Shown: one piece after another, positions 21,434-29,587 of the stretch
Numbering within the stretch: position 1 is the stretch's first letter
Layout of the letters: the number at the start of each line of letters is the position of its first letter
Assembly: GCA_963826115.1 (NCBI GenBank)
Contig: CAWGVS010000012.1
Span: forward strand, 384,001-448,000
DNA length: 64,000 nucleotides
Reading direction: 5' to 3'
Origin: an uncultured Candidatus Rokubacteria bacterium
GTDB taxonomy: Bacteria; Methylomirabilota; Methylomirabilia; Rokubacteriales; DASRDR01
Position numbers and translations under genes: made by a program
The notes under the pieces: generated by a model
Told to the model about the DNA's origin: nothing
Database searches by the model: none
Seen by the model: only the letters and a program-made list of their open reading frames with translations

Positions 21434-23464
21434 ATGCGCATCGTCGAGGCGCCCCCCGGGACGTACCGGGAGATCGAGAACGTCTGGATCCCCGCCGGCA
21501 CGTCCGGCCACCGCATGGCGGCGCGGCTCTGGCTCCCCGCCGGCGCGGAGTCGCGCCCGGTGCCCGCCATCCTCACCTACCTCCCGTACCGGAAGCGCGA
21601 CTCGACCCGCGCCGGTGACGATCCCATGCACCGGTACTTCGCCGGCCACGGCTACGCGTGTCTCCGCGTCGACATGCGCGGGTCCGGCGACTCCGACGGC
21701 CTGATGGACGACGAGTACGCGCCGCAGGAGCTCACCGACGGCAAGGCCGTGATCGCGTGGATCGCGGCCCAGCCCTGGTGCTCGGGCAAGGTCGGCATGA
21801 TCGGGAGCTCCTGGGGCGGGTTCAACGCGCTCCAGATCGCCGCGCTCCGGCCGCCCGCCCTCGCGGCGATCGTCACGAACTGCTCGACCGACGACCGCTA
21901 CACGGACGACATGCACTACATGGGCGGGTGCCTCCTGAACGACATGCTCGACTGGGGCTCGTCGTTCTTCGCGCGGCTCCACCGGCCACCGGACCCCGAG
22001 ATCTCGGGGCCCGACTGGCGCCGGAAGTGGCGGGAGCGCCTCGATCTCCTGGCATTCCCGGTCGCGGTGTGGCTCCGCCACCAGCGCCGCGACGCCTACT
22101 GGAAGCACGGCTCGGTGAACGAGGACTACGCGGCGATCCGGTGCCCGGTCTTCGCGACGGGCGGCTGGATGGACGGCTACTCGAACGCCATCCCGCGCCT
22201 CCTCGCTCGCCTCACGGTGCCGCGGCTCGGCCTGATCGGCGCCTGGGGCCACAAGTACGGCCACCAGGCCGTCCCCGGCCCGGCGATCGGCTATCTCCAG
22301 GAGTGCGTCCGCTGGTTCGACCACTGGCTGAAGGGCCGGGACACCGGGATCATGAAGGAGCCGATGCTGCGCGCCTTCATGCAGGAGGCGGTGCCCCCGG
22401 TCGGCGACTACCCGGTCTGTCCCGGCCGCTGGATCGCCGAGCCCGTCTGGCCGCCGCGGCGCGCGACCCGGCCGCGCCGCCTCCACCTGAACGCGGGGGG
22501 CGCGCTCGGCGCCCGCGCGGGCCGCGCCGTGGCGCTCACGCACCGCTCCGAGCAGACGATCGGCGTCGCCGCCGGGGAGTGGTGCCCCCACGGCATCGGC
22601 GGCTACGGCCCCCAGTGCCCGACCGACCAGCGCGAGGACGACGCGCGGAGCCTCGTCTTCGAGACGGCGCCGCTCCGCCGCCCGCTCGAGATCCTGGGCC
22701 AGCCGGCGGTGCGCCTCACGCTCGCCGTCGACCAGCCGGTGGCCTTCGTCGCCGTGCGGCTGAACGACGTCTTCCCCGACGGCCGCGTGTCGCGCGTCAC
22801 CTTCGGCGTCCTCAACCTCGCGCACCGGGACTCCCACGAGACGCCGACGCCGGTGCCGGTCGGCAAGCGCCTCACGGTCCGCGTGCCGCTCAATGACGTC
22901 GCGTACTCCTTCAAGACCGGCCACCGGATCCGCGTGGCCCTCTCGACGACCTACTGGCCGATGGTCTGGCCCGCGCCGGCGCCGGTCACGCTCCGGCTCA
23001 CCACCGGCGCGAGCGCGCTGGAGCTGCCAGTGCGCGCGCGGCGCCCGATCGACCGGACGGTCCGGTTCGGGCCGCCGGAGCAGGGCCCGCCGATGGCCAA
23101 GACCGTGGTCGAGCCGCCGACGTCCGTCCGCGTGATCGAGCGCGACGTGGTCGCGGGGTCGACCACCATCCGGGCCGAGGAGAACGAGGGCCGCGCGGTC
23201 ATCGCCGACACCGGCGTCGAGATGGGCCGGTGGGTCAAGGAGCGCCTCACGATCACCGAGGGCGATCCGCTCAGCGCGGAGACCGAGATGGGGAGCGTCT
23301 TCAGCTACGCGAAGGGCGCCTGGCGGACCCGGGTCTCGGGCCGCTGCCGCCTGCGGGCGAGCGCGACCGAGTGGCTCCTCTCCGCCGACCTCGACGCCTG
23401 GGAGGGCGACCAGCCGGTCCTGAGCCGCCACCTCGAGGTGCCGATCCCGCGCGATCTGATGTAG
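21434..23464 (+). CDS. CocE/NonD family serine hydrolase (S15)
   Basis: PYRKRD, VDMRGSGDSDG, GSSWGG nucleophile elbow, C-terminal PepX-like domain; start ATG 21434. Confidence 0.93.
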   Translation: MRIVEAPPGTYREIENVWIPAGTSGHRMAARLWLPAGAESRPVPAILTYLPYRKRDSTRAGDDPMHRYFAGHGYACLRVDMRGSGDSDGLMDDEYAPQELTDGKAVIAWIAAQPWCSGKVGMIGSSWGGFNALQIAALRPPALAAIVTNCSTDDRYTDDMHYMGGCLLNDMLDWGSSFFARLHRPPDPEISGPDWRRKWRERLDLLAFPVAVWLRHQRRDAYWKHGSVNEDYAAIRCPVFATGGWMDGYSNAIPRLLARLTVPRLGLIGAWGHKYGHQAVPGPAIGYLQECVRWFDHWLKGRDTGIMKEPMLRAFMQEAVPPVGDYPVCPGRWIAEPVWPPRRATRPRRLHLNAGGALGARAGRAVALTHRSEQTIGVAAGEWCPHGIGGYGPQCPTDQREDDARSLVFETAPLRRPLEILGQPAVRLTLAVDQPVAFVAVRLNDVFPDGRVSRVTFGVLNLAHRDSHETPTPVPVGKRLTVRVPLNDVAYSFKTGHRIRVALSTTYWPMVWPAPAPVTLRLTTGASALELPVRARRPIDRTVRFGPPEQGPPMAKTVVEPPTSVRVIERDVVAGSTTIRAEENEGRAVIADTGVEMGRWVKERLTITEGDPLSAETEMGSVFSYAKGAWRTRVSGRCRLRASATEWLLSADLDAWEGDQPVLSRHLEVPIPRDLM

Positions 23465-23545
23465 CGGTCCGGGCCCGCGCCGCGGCAGGGGGGTCGGGGC
23501 AACGGCGCTCGTTGGACGGAGCCCAAGCCCGGTCCGTTCGCCAGT

Positions 23546-23581
23546 TTGACTCGCTCCCGGCGTTTTGCCACGATCGCCGCG
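23546..23581 (+). promoter_or_regulatory. sigma70 promoter giving a probable leaderless transcript
   Basis: TTGACT-N17-(TGc)CACGAT, then 7 nt to ATG 23582. Confidence 0.55.
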
Positions 23582-24919
23582 ATGCCCCTGCCCTCCCGAG
23601 ACCTCGGCGCTCGCGCGCGCGTGGAGGCCGCCTTCGCGCGCGAGGAGCGCCGCGGGCTCATGCTGGCGACCGCCACACGCTCGGCCGCGGTGGCGATCAT
23701 CATCGCGTGGTTGGCGCTGACGAACCCCGAGCCGGCTCTGGCCTTCGCGTGGGTGCTCGGGACCGCCGGATTCTTTCTCGTTACCGGCCTGGCTCAGTTC
23801 GCGATGTACTTCCGGGGCACGGCGTCGCCGACCACCCCGTACCTCTTCATGCTGCTCGACGCGCTGGCTCTGGCCGCCGTCCTGCTGCTCCCCAACCCCT
23901 TTGCCGCGGTCGGCCTGCCGCAGGCCTTGCCGCTGCGCTACGCGTCGTTCATGTATTTCTTCCTCTTCCTCATGCAGGCGGCCTTCTCGTTCCGGCCGCG
24001 CCTTCTGCTGTGGACGGGGCTGTGCGGGATGGTGGCCTGGACGTCGGGGTTCCTCTGGATCGTGACCCGACCCGAGACCGTCCTCGACCCGCCGGGCAGC
24101 AAGAGCCGCGGGACCATGCTCGCGACGTACCTCGACCCGAACTACGTATCCGTTCTCAAGTATCAGAACGAGATGCTCGCCTTCCTGCTGGTGAGCGCCG
24201 GGCTGGCCCTCCTCGTCCGCCGCTCGCGCGCCCTGGTGGCGGAGCGGGCCGAGGCCGAGCGCACCCGCAGCAACCTCGCCCGGTACTTCTCACCCAAGGT
24301 GGTCGACACGCTCGCCGAGCGTGACGAACCCCTGGGCCGCGTGCGCCGGCAGGCCGTCGGCGTGCTCTTCGCCGACCTGGTGGGGTTCACCACGATGGCC
24401 GAAGAGATGACGCCGGAGGAGGTCATGGCGCTCCTCCGGGACTTCCACGGGCGGATGGAGGAGATGGTGTTCCGGCACGGCGGCTGTCTCGAGAAGTTCA
24501 TCGGGGATGCGCTGCTCGCGACGTTCGGCGTGCCGGATCCGGGGCCTCGGGACGCGACCGACACGATCGCCTGCGCGCGCGGGATGCAAGCCGCCCTCGC
24601 GGCCTGGAATCGCGAGCGGGCGGAGCGCGGGCTGCCGGCGCTGCGGATGGGTCTGGGGCTCCACTACGGCCCGGTGGTGGCCGGCGACATCGGGAGCCGC
24701 CGGAGTATGGCCTTCGCGACGGTCGGTGACACGACGAACGTCACCAGCCGCCTGCAGAGCCTCACCCGCGAGCTGGGTGTCGACCTCGTTGTCAGCGGCG
24801 CGCTGGTCGCCGCCGTCGAGCGCGAGGCGGCCGACCCCGACGCGCTGCGGGGCCTCACCTCGCGCGGCCGGCATGCGCTGCGCGGCCGCGATGCGCCGAT
24901 CGATCTGTGGGCGGAGTAG
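23582..24919 (+). CDS. Membrane-anchored class III adenylate/guanylate cyclase
   Basis: Hydrophobic N-terminal half; LFADLVGFT, EKFIGDA, VGDTTNVTSRLQ. Confidence 0.92.
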   Translation: MPLPSRDLGARARVEAAFAREERRGLMLATATRSAAVAIIIAWLALTNPEPALAFAWVLGTAGFFLVTGLAQFAMYFRGTASPTTPYLFMLLDALALAAVLLLPNPFAAVGLPQALPLRYASFMYFFLFLMQAAFSFRPRLLLWTGLCGMVAWTSGFLWIVTRPETVLDPPGSKSRGTMLATYLDPNYVSVLKYQNEMLAFLLVSAGLALLVRRSRALVAERAEAERTRSNLARYFSPKVVDTLAERDEPLGRVRRQAVGVLFADLVGFTTMAEEMTPEEVMALLRDFHGRMEEMVFRHGGCLEKFIGDALLATFGVPDPGPRDATDTIACARGMQAALAAWNRERAERGLPALRMGLGLHYGPVVAGDIGSRRSMAFATVGDTTNVTSRLQSLTRELGVDLVVSGALVAAVEREAADPDALRGLTSRGRHALRGRDAPIDLWAE

Positions 24920-25022
24920 GCGCGGGCCCGGCGCGATCACCGCCACCCGCGATTCTCGGATCGACGACAATCGCCGAATGTCCCCGAGCTCTGGGACCAC
25001 ACACTGAACGAAACTCCTGTCT

Positions 25023-25205
25023 CGGCTCCAACGGGATTCGAACCCGTGGTTTAGTCACGACCACGCTTTCGCCGTCAACTCCACTGACTTACGCGCGGCA
25101 TGATTCTGAACAAGCGTCCATCACTCAAGCTTCAGCATGCACGGCCTGACGGCATGCAGAGTTAGAGACGACGCTCAAACCGCGACCTGCGCCTTGAGAA
25201 GGCGG
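25023..25205 (-). pseudogene. Split, degenerate tRNA-Glu(CTC) fragment
   Basis: Minus strand T-arm/acceptor CACGGGTTCGAATCCCGTTGGAGCC (25024-25048) and anticodon arm CGCC-TTCTCAA-GGCG (25190-25204), separated by ~140 nt; no recognisable D-arm. Confidence 0.65.
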
Positions 25206-25281
25206 ATCTTCCCTGGTCGCCACGCTCCGCGACGGGCCGACCTCGCCGTCAGCCCAACGAGCGCATACCCTGGGTCGCCGG

Positions 25282-25310
25282 ACTCTAGCGGCGGCTGGCC
25301 GGTCCAGCAA
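25282..25310 (-). promoter_or_regulatory. Putative outward promoter near the 3' end of the IS91-like remnant
   Basis: Minus strand TTGCTG-N17-TAGAGT. Confidence 0.35.
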
Positions 25311-25416
25311 GGGCCAGCGTGGGCCGGGACGGACTCGGGTGAGAACCGGCTCCCACGGGTCGGCGGGTAGACTGGGACAGCAGCGGCTGAGGGTGGACGC
25401 CGGGACCGACGGCGGG

Positions 25417-25590
25417 TCACGATGCCGTGGCCCACCGACCCGGCGGTGGCCCGGGCGCCAGCCCGAGCACGCCGAGCAGGCGCCGCGCCGCATGGGGCTC
25501 GGTCACCGTGCCCACGATCCGGCACGCGCCGGCACCGCGGGGACAGACGAGAACTTCGATCGCGAGCCCTCGACTCGCGAATCGCGCGAC
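25417..25590 (-). pseudogene. IS91/ISCR-like transposase C-terminal remnant
   Basis: Reads LAIEVLVCPRGAGACRIVGTVTEPHAARRLLGVLGLAPGPPP, resembling the IS91-family tail FxIDVxxCPxCGGxxRIIAxIxDPxVIxxILxHLGL..PP. Confidence 0.65.
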
Positions 25591-25601
25591 GACGGGGGGC
25601 G

Positions 25602-25850
25602 TTACTTGTAGACGTTCAGCGCCTTGAGGATAGCGATCAGCACCACGGCGCCGATGATACTGATCATCCAGGCGCCCACCGAGCCCACCGCCACGATCCC
25701 GAGCGCCCCTGCCAGCCAGAACCCGAGCACAGCGCCGATGATCCCGATGACGATATTGGCGATGATGCCCATCTGGGCGCTCGTCTTCATGACGAGGCTG
25801 GCCAACCATCCGATCACTCCCCCGATAATCAGGGTCACGATGAGGCTCAT
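25602..25850 (-). CDS. GlsB/YeaQ/YmgE family stress-response membrane protein
   Basis: IIGGVIGWLASLVM..GIIANIVIGIIGAVLG; RBS ggagggagg. Confidence 0.9.
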   Translation of the reverse strand: MSLIVTLIIGGVIGWLASLVMKTSAQMGIIANIVIGIIGAVLGFWLAGALGIVAVGSVGAWMISIIGAVVLIAILKALNVYK

Positions 25851-25883
25851 AGCCCCTCCCTCCGCAGACGGGTCGTTCGATCG

Positions 25884-26150
25884 CTATCCCGCGGGCGCCG
25901 GTGCGACGCCGGGGCCTCCTTGCTCGCCGTCCCTGCCGATCCGGTAGAGGACCCACCCGCTGGCCCCCTGACCGCCCAGGCGCTCGGCCCGCTCGAAGAG
26001 GCTCAAGCGGCCTGTCCGCCGAGCCGGTGGGTGCTCCGCAAGGACCGCCTTCCAGCCGAGCGCCACGGCCTCCGCCGGTAGGGGCGCTTCGATGCTGTAA
26101 CGCGCCAGGATGCCTCGCCTCTCGTTGTAGAACTGCATCCGCCACTTCAT
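25884..26150 (-). CDS. Hypothetical protein (88 aa)
   Basis: gaggagg RBS, co-oriented within a run of small genes. Confidence 0.65.
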   Translation of the reverse strand: MKWRMQFYNERRGILARYSIEAPLPAEAVALGWKAVLAEHPPARRTGRLSLFERAERLGGQGASGWVLYRIGRDGEQGGPGVAPAPAG

Positions 26151-26208
26151 CGCCGACCTCCTCGCCGACCCTACCGCGCGTCCCGGTCGGCGCCAGGCCA
26201 GTCCAGCC

Positions 26209-26571
26209 TCACAGGTCCTTCAGCCGGTCCGTCATCTCCTGGATCCGCTGCCGCTGGTCGTCTCCTTCGCCGCCTTGGGGCGGCGGCACGGCTGTGGCCA
26301 TGTCCGCGCGCTTCCGATTGGCCGCCGCGATCCACTTGTCGATCTGTTCCATCCACACCCGGACCCGAGCTTCCTCGCTCGTGAAGATCAGCTCCCGATG
26401 CTTCACGGTGATTCGACTCGGATGACACGGCTCAGTCCATTCCTCGGGCGCCTGAAAGACCCGCCGCCACTCACGTGAGGGGGTCGCGTTGAGCGTCACG
26501 CTCAACTGGAACTCCGAGCCTCGCACGCCGATGGGAATCGGCGGACCGGTACGCGTGATCTCATCCACCAT
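26209..26571 (-). CDS. Hypothetical protein
   Basis: MVDEITRTGPPIP.. globular-looking ORF with ggagg RBS; start overlaps upstream stop region. Confidence 0.65.
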   Translation of the reverse strand: MVDEITRTGPPIPIGVRGSEFQLSVTLNATPSREWRRVFQAPEEWTEPCHPSRITVKHRELIFTSEEARVRVWMEQIDKWIAAANRKRADMATAVPPPQGGEGDDQRQRIQEMTDRLKDL

Positions 26572-26800
26572 GTGAGCCTCCGGTACTTTGCCCCTGGGCC
26601 GTGGGTGTGCTCTCAGCGACCGGCGCCGCTTCCGCTGGGCGGGCGTCCCTCGACGAGGGCGCCTGCGCGCGGTGCTGCGCCGCCGCGAGGCACCCCCCAT
26701 GAATCACGTTGTCTCGCCTCAGGAACGCGAGCCCGGTGCCTTGAGAAATGGATCGCGCGCAGACCGGACAGACAGGATCGCGCGTGTCGCCGGATGCCAT
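26561..26800 (-). CDS. Small putative zinc-finger protein
   Basis: CPVC...HGGC pattern; RBS gagg before ATG 26800. Confidence 0.5.
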   Translation of the reverse strand: MASGDTRDPVCPVCARSISQGTGLAFLRRDNVIHGGCLAAAQHRAQAPSSRDARPAEAAPVAESTPTAQGQSTGGSHGG

Positions 26801-26852
26801 GATTTCACCGCCTCTTGTTGTGCCGAGGCTCCGCCTCTCGCCGAGAGGGGCC

Positions 26853-27167
26853 TCAGGGCTCCCTGCGCGCACCCGATGCCCCCGTCAGCGACTCCCCGTC
26901 AACCTCGATGAAGACGAGCGCGGGCGGCCATTCAGCGTGATTCACCCAGACTGCGGACGCGAGGGATCCCGTCCGTGGATCCATGCCTTGCCAGACACCG
27001 CCTGCCGGGTGGCGATCACGTCGGCTGGTCGTCGTCTCCCGCTTGCATTCCTCGAATCCTTCCTGTGAGAGGACGTTCACGATGTCCTCCGGCGTCGCGA
27101 CCCAGCCGCGCTCCCGTTCGATCCAGGTGATGTGGCTATGCTCCTGGAGCGCCTTGAACCCTCTCAT
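26853..27167 (-). CDS. Hypothetical protein
   Basis: MRGFKALQEHSHITWIERERGW..GGVWQG; ggag RBS. Confidence 0.6.
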   Translation of the reverse strand: MRGFKALQEHSHITWIERERGWVATPEDIVNVLSQEGFEECKRETTTSRRDRHPAGGVWQGMDPRTGSLASAVWVNHAEWPPALVFIEVDGESLTGASGARREP

Positions 27168-27262
27168 CGCATGGTGCTCCCCGTATGCATGAAGACCCTG
27201 GGAGACGCGATGCCGGGCCCCCGCAGCATGGAGGGTCATCCGGCCGCGGCGCCGCCCCGATC

Positions 27263-27655
27263 CTAGCTGCTCGGCATCAGTAGCGTGGCGCAGGCCTCGG
27301 CCACTCGGCGATCCGGCTCCTGCTCACCCGGCATCGTTGCCCATCCCTGCTTGCCGACATACTCGCCGCGTTGCCACGTGCTCTCGTCCTTCATGGCCAC
27401 GAGCTTCGGGCCCTTTCCCGAATCCCGCGCGGACTGGGTGACACAGATCGGGGCCAGGCGCTGGACGACCGCGTCACGGGCCATGGTCTCCGCCGTCTGC
27501 CGGGCAGTGCCCCCCGTGACCCAGCCGCCCCAGCTGAAGCCGACGATCATCGTGAGCACCATCGAGGCGACGCAACACCAGAAGAGCGCCGTCTTGCTCG
27601 GTCGGGCGTCACTCCACCGCTGTCCCCAACTCACCTTGTCTCTCTTCGCATCCAT
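27263..27655 (-). CDS. Hypothetical membrane-anchored protein
   Basis: TM segment then GFSWGGWVTGGTA, LAPIC, GWATMPG..VAEACA; strong ggaggagg RBS. Confidence 0.8.
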   Translation of the reverse strand: MDAKRDKVSWGQRWSDARPSKTALFWCCVASMVLTMIVGFSWGGWVTGGTARQTAETMARDAVVQRLAPICVTQSARDSGKGPKLVAMKDESTWQRGEYVGKQGWATMPGEQEPDRRVAEACATLLMPSS

Positions 27656-27674
27656 GTTGGCTCCTCCTCCACGA

Positions 27675-27965
27675 TCACGACGTTGGTCGGATGCCGGCGC
27701 GGGTGCGCCGGGCGGAATCCTCGGGGGCGGGAAGGATCGTACGCTGGGCAATGATCAGGCCCGTCGCGCCGACCGCCGCGACGATGGTCGCCGCCATCAG
27801 GCTCGGGTTGGGTGCGACCAGCGGGCTCTGGAAGAACCAGCTCACGGCCACGCTCCCGACAAGACCGAGCGCGATGTCCCATCCCCGCCCGTAACCTCGC
27901 TTCATGACGAACCCGGCCACCAGGCCCGCCAGCACTGCCACGAGCACCCACATGACGAGATTCAT
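27675..27965 (-). CDS. Second GlsB/YeaQ/YmgE-like membrane protein
   Basis: LAGLVAGFVMKRGYG..DIALGLVGS. Confidence 0.75.
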   Translation of the reverse strand: MNLVMWVLVAVLAGLVAGFVMKRGYGRGWDIALGLVGSVAVSWFFQSPLVAPNPSLMAATIVAAVGATGLIIAQRTILPAPEDSARRTRAGIRPTS

Positions 27966-27978
27966 GACTGTTGCCCCT

Positions 27979-29067
27979 TCATGGGTTGTCCTTGCGCCGC
28001 CTGGCTGACCCGTCGCCGTCTCCCGTGTGTGCGGCCCGGCGCGGGACGCCCGGACGGCACGAGGACCGCGTCGCCGGGCTCAGGAGGGTTGGGCCGTCGC
28101 GATGGCCGTCGTCTCGCGCCAAGATGGCGCCCAGCATCTGAATGGCGCGCTGATTGAGCGCCCGGTCGTCGACGATCACCAGCATCGTGGGCCCAACGAG
28201 GGCCTGAACTCGCTCGGCGGCCGAGGTGGAGCACACAACGACGTTCACCCGCCGCACCAGCCGATTTAGCCCAGGCCCCTCGAGCGAGCCGGCCTCGACC
28301 CGCGCAATGTTCGGCAGGGCCGCATTGGCGATCGAGTGCTCCAGGTTGTGGGCTGTTTCGGCCTCGGCGGACACCACGCCGACCCGCGTCCCCGACGGCA
28401 ACTGGGCCAGGCGGTGGAGGGTCTCGAGATGGGCTTCCGCGAGAAGCGCGAGCACCGGCACTCCCCGGCCCTCCAGCAGCCGCTCCACGCCCGGCAGGTG
28501 CCCGAAGCTCGTGACCGCCGCTCGCCAGTGACCCGCTCGCTTCCGACGCCGCACGGCCCCCGCCAACTCGCTGAGCAGCACCTTGTCGACCCGGACCGGG
28601 AGCTGCGCCTCGAGCTCCCGGGCGAAGAAGTCGAGCTCCGCGTGGCTACACTCGATCAGGAGGATCTCGACGGTCCCTCGGCGAGCGGCCAGCCCGGCGC
28701 CGGCCACGCTGAGGACACCTATCGTCACGTCGTCCGGGGTCATGCCGAGGGCGGCGGCGCGGATCACCGTGTCCTTCAAGAAGTCTTCGCGCAGCGTCGG
28801 GGAGGGGCGCGTCGGCAAGGTCGAGGCCACGAACACCCGCCGGCCGCGCCGTGCCTCCACGTACCCGGTCCGCTTGAGGTCCTCGATCGCGCGCGCCACG
28901 GTGTTCGGATTGATGCCGAGAAAGCCGGCCAGCTCCCGGATGCTCGGCAACGGCTGATTCCGCGGGACGCCACCGCCCTCGATGACGTGCTTCAACTGCT
29001 CCGCCAGCTGCCAGCGGATCGGGATCGGGCTGTGCGCGTCTACCCGGAGGCGCATCGCGATCTTCAT
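27979..29067 (-). CDS. GntR-family regulator with long C-terminal domain (YtrA/PlmA-like)
   Basis: LPSIRELAGFLGINPNTVARA wHTH plus an ~200-aa alpha/beta C-terminal region. Confidence 0.88.
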   Translation of the reverse strand: MKIAMRLRVDAHSPIPIRWQLAEQLKHVIEGGGVPRNQPLPSIRELAGFLGINPNTVARAIEDLKRTGYVEARRGRRVFVASTLPTRPSPTLREDFLKDTVIRAAALGMTPDDVTIGVLSVAGAGLAARRGTVEILLIECSHAELDFFARELEAQLPVRVDKVLLSELAGAVRRRKRAGHWRAAVTSFGHLPGVERLLEGRGVPVLALLAEAHLETLHRLAQLPSGTRVGVVSAEAETAHNLEHSIANAALPNIARVEAGSLEGPGLNRLVRRVNVVVCSTSAAERVQALVGPTMLVIVDDRALNQRAIQMLGAILARDDGHRDGPTLLSPATRSSCRPGVPRRAAHTGDGDGSARRRKDNP

Positions 29068-29108
29068 ACTGTATTACAACAATAGTACAGTGGTACGGCG
29101 CGTGTCAA
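29068..29108 (-). promoter_or_regulatory. GntR promoter with overlapping palindromic operator
   Basis: TTGACA (29103-29108) N18 TATTGT; palindrome actgtatta-caacaa-tagtacagt at 29068-29091, directly before the ATG. Confidence 0.7.
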
Positions 29109-29587
29109 CAGGCTCGACCCCGACGCGATGCGACTTCGGCCCAGACGGCGCGCGTACAGCATGGGCGAACCGTCGCCGGGATCGAGAACCGGAGCGGTTC
29201 CCCTCGGGCAACGAGAACACCGCTCGCCGGGCGGGGCCTGAAGAACGAGGCGGCGCTCCGGCTCAGCCCGTGTGACCCACCCGGCGAGGCTCGCCGATCG
29301 GGAATCGGCGAGGATCACCCCCGTCCTCTACGCCGCCGGGTGGACTGCGATCACCCCGAGGCGGCCCATCGGTTCTCGGACCTGCCCGGAGGCAGGACGT
29401 GGCGGCGTTCTTGAAACGGTCATGGACGCTGATGGATTCTCGATCGGCTTCCCGGGCGATGACATGCGCGCCTGCACGCCATCCGTGTGAATCCCCCGGT
29501 GCAACACCTGGCCGCCGCAGGCCGGGCCCTTGTCGAACGCCATTTCCTCGGGGCCGCCCGCGGCCTGCTCGCGCGGCCGCCTCGCCG

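Noticed and set aside
25023-25205. Functional tRNA-Glu, possibly intron-containing
   Set aside because: No D-arm or 5' acceptor strand and no CCA in this copy; the insert is at the variable loop rather than the anticodon loop and is too short for a group I intron
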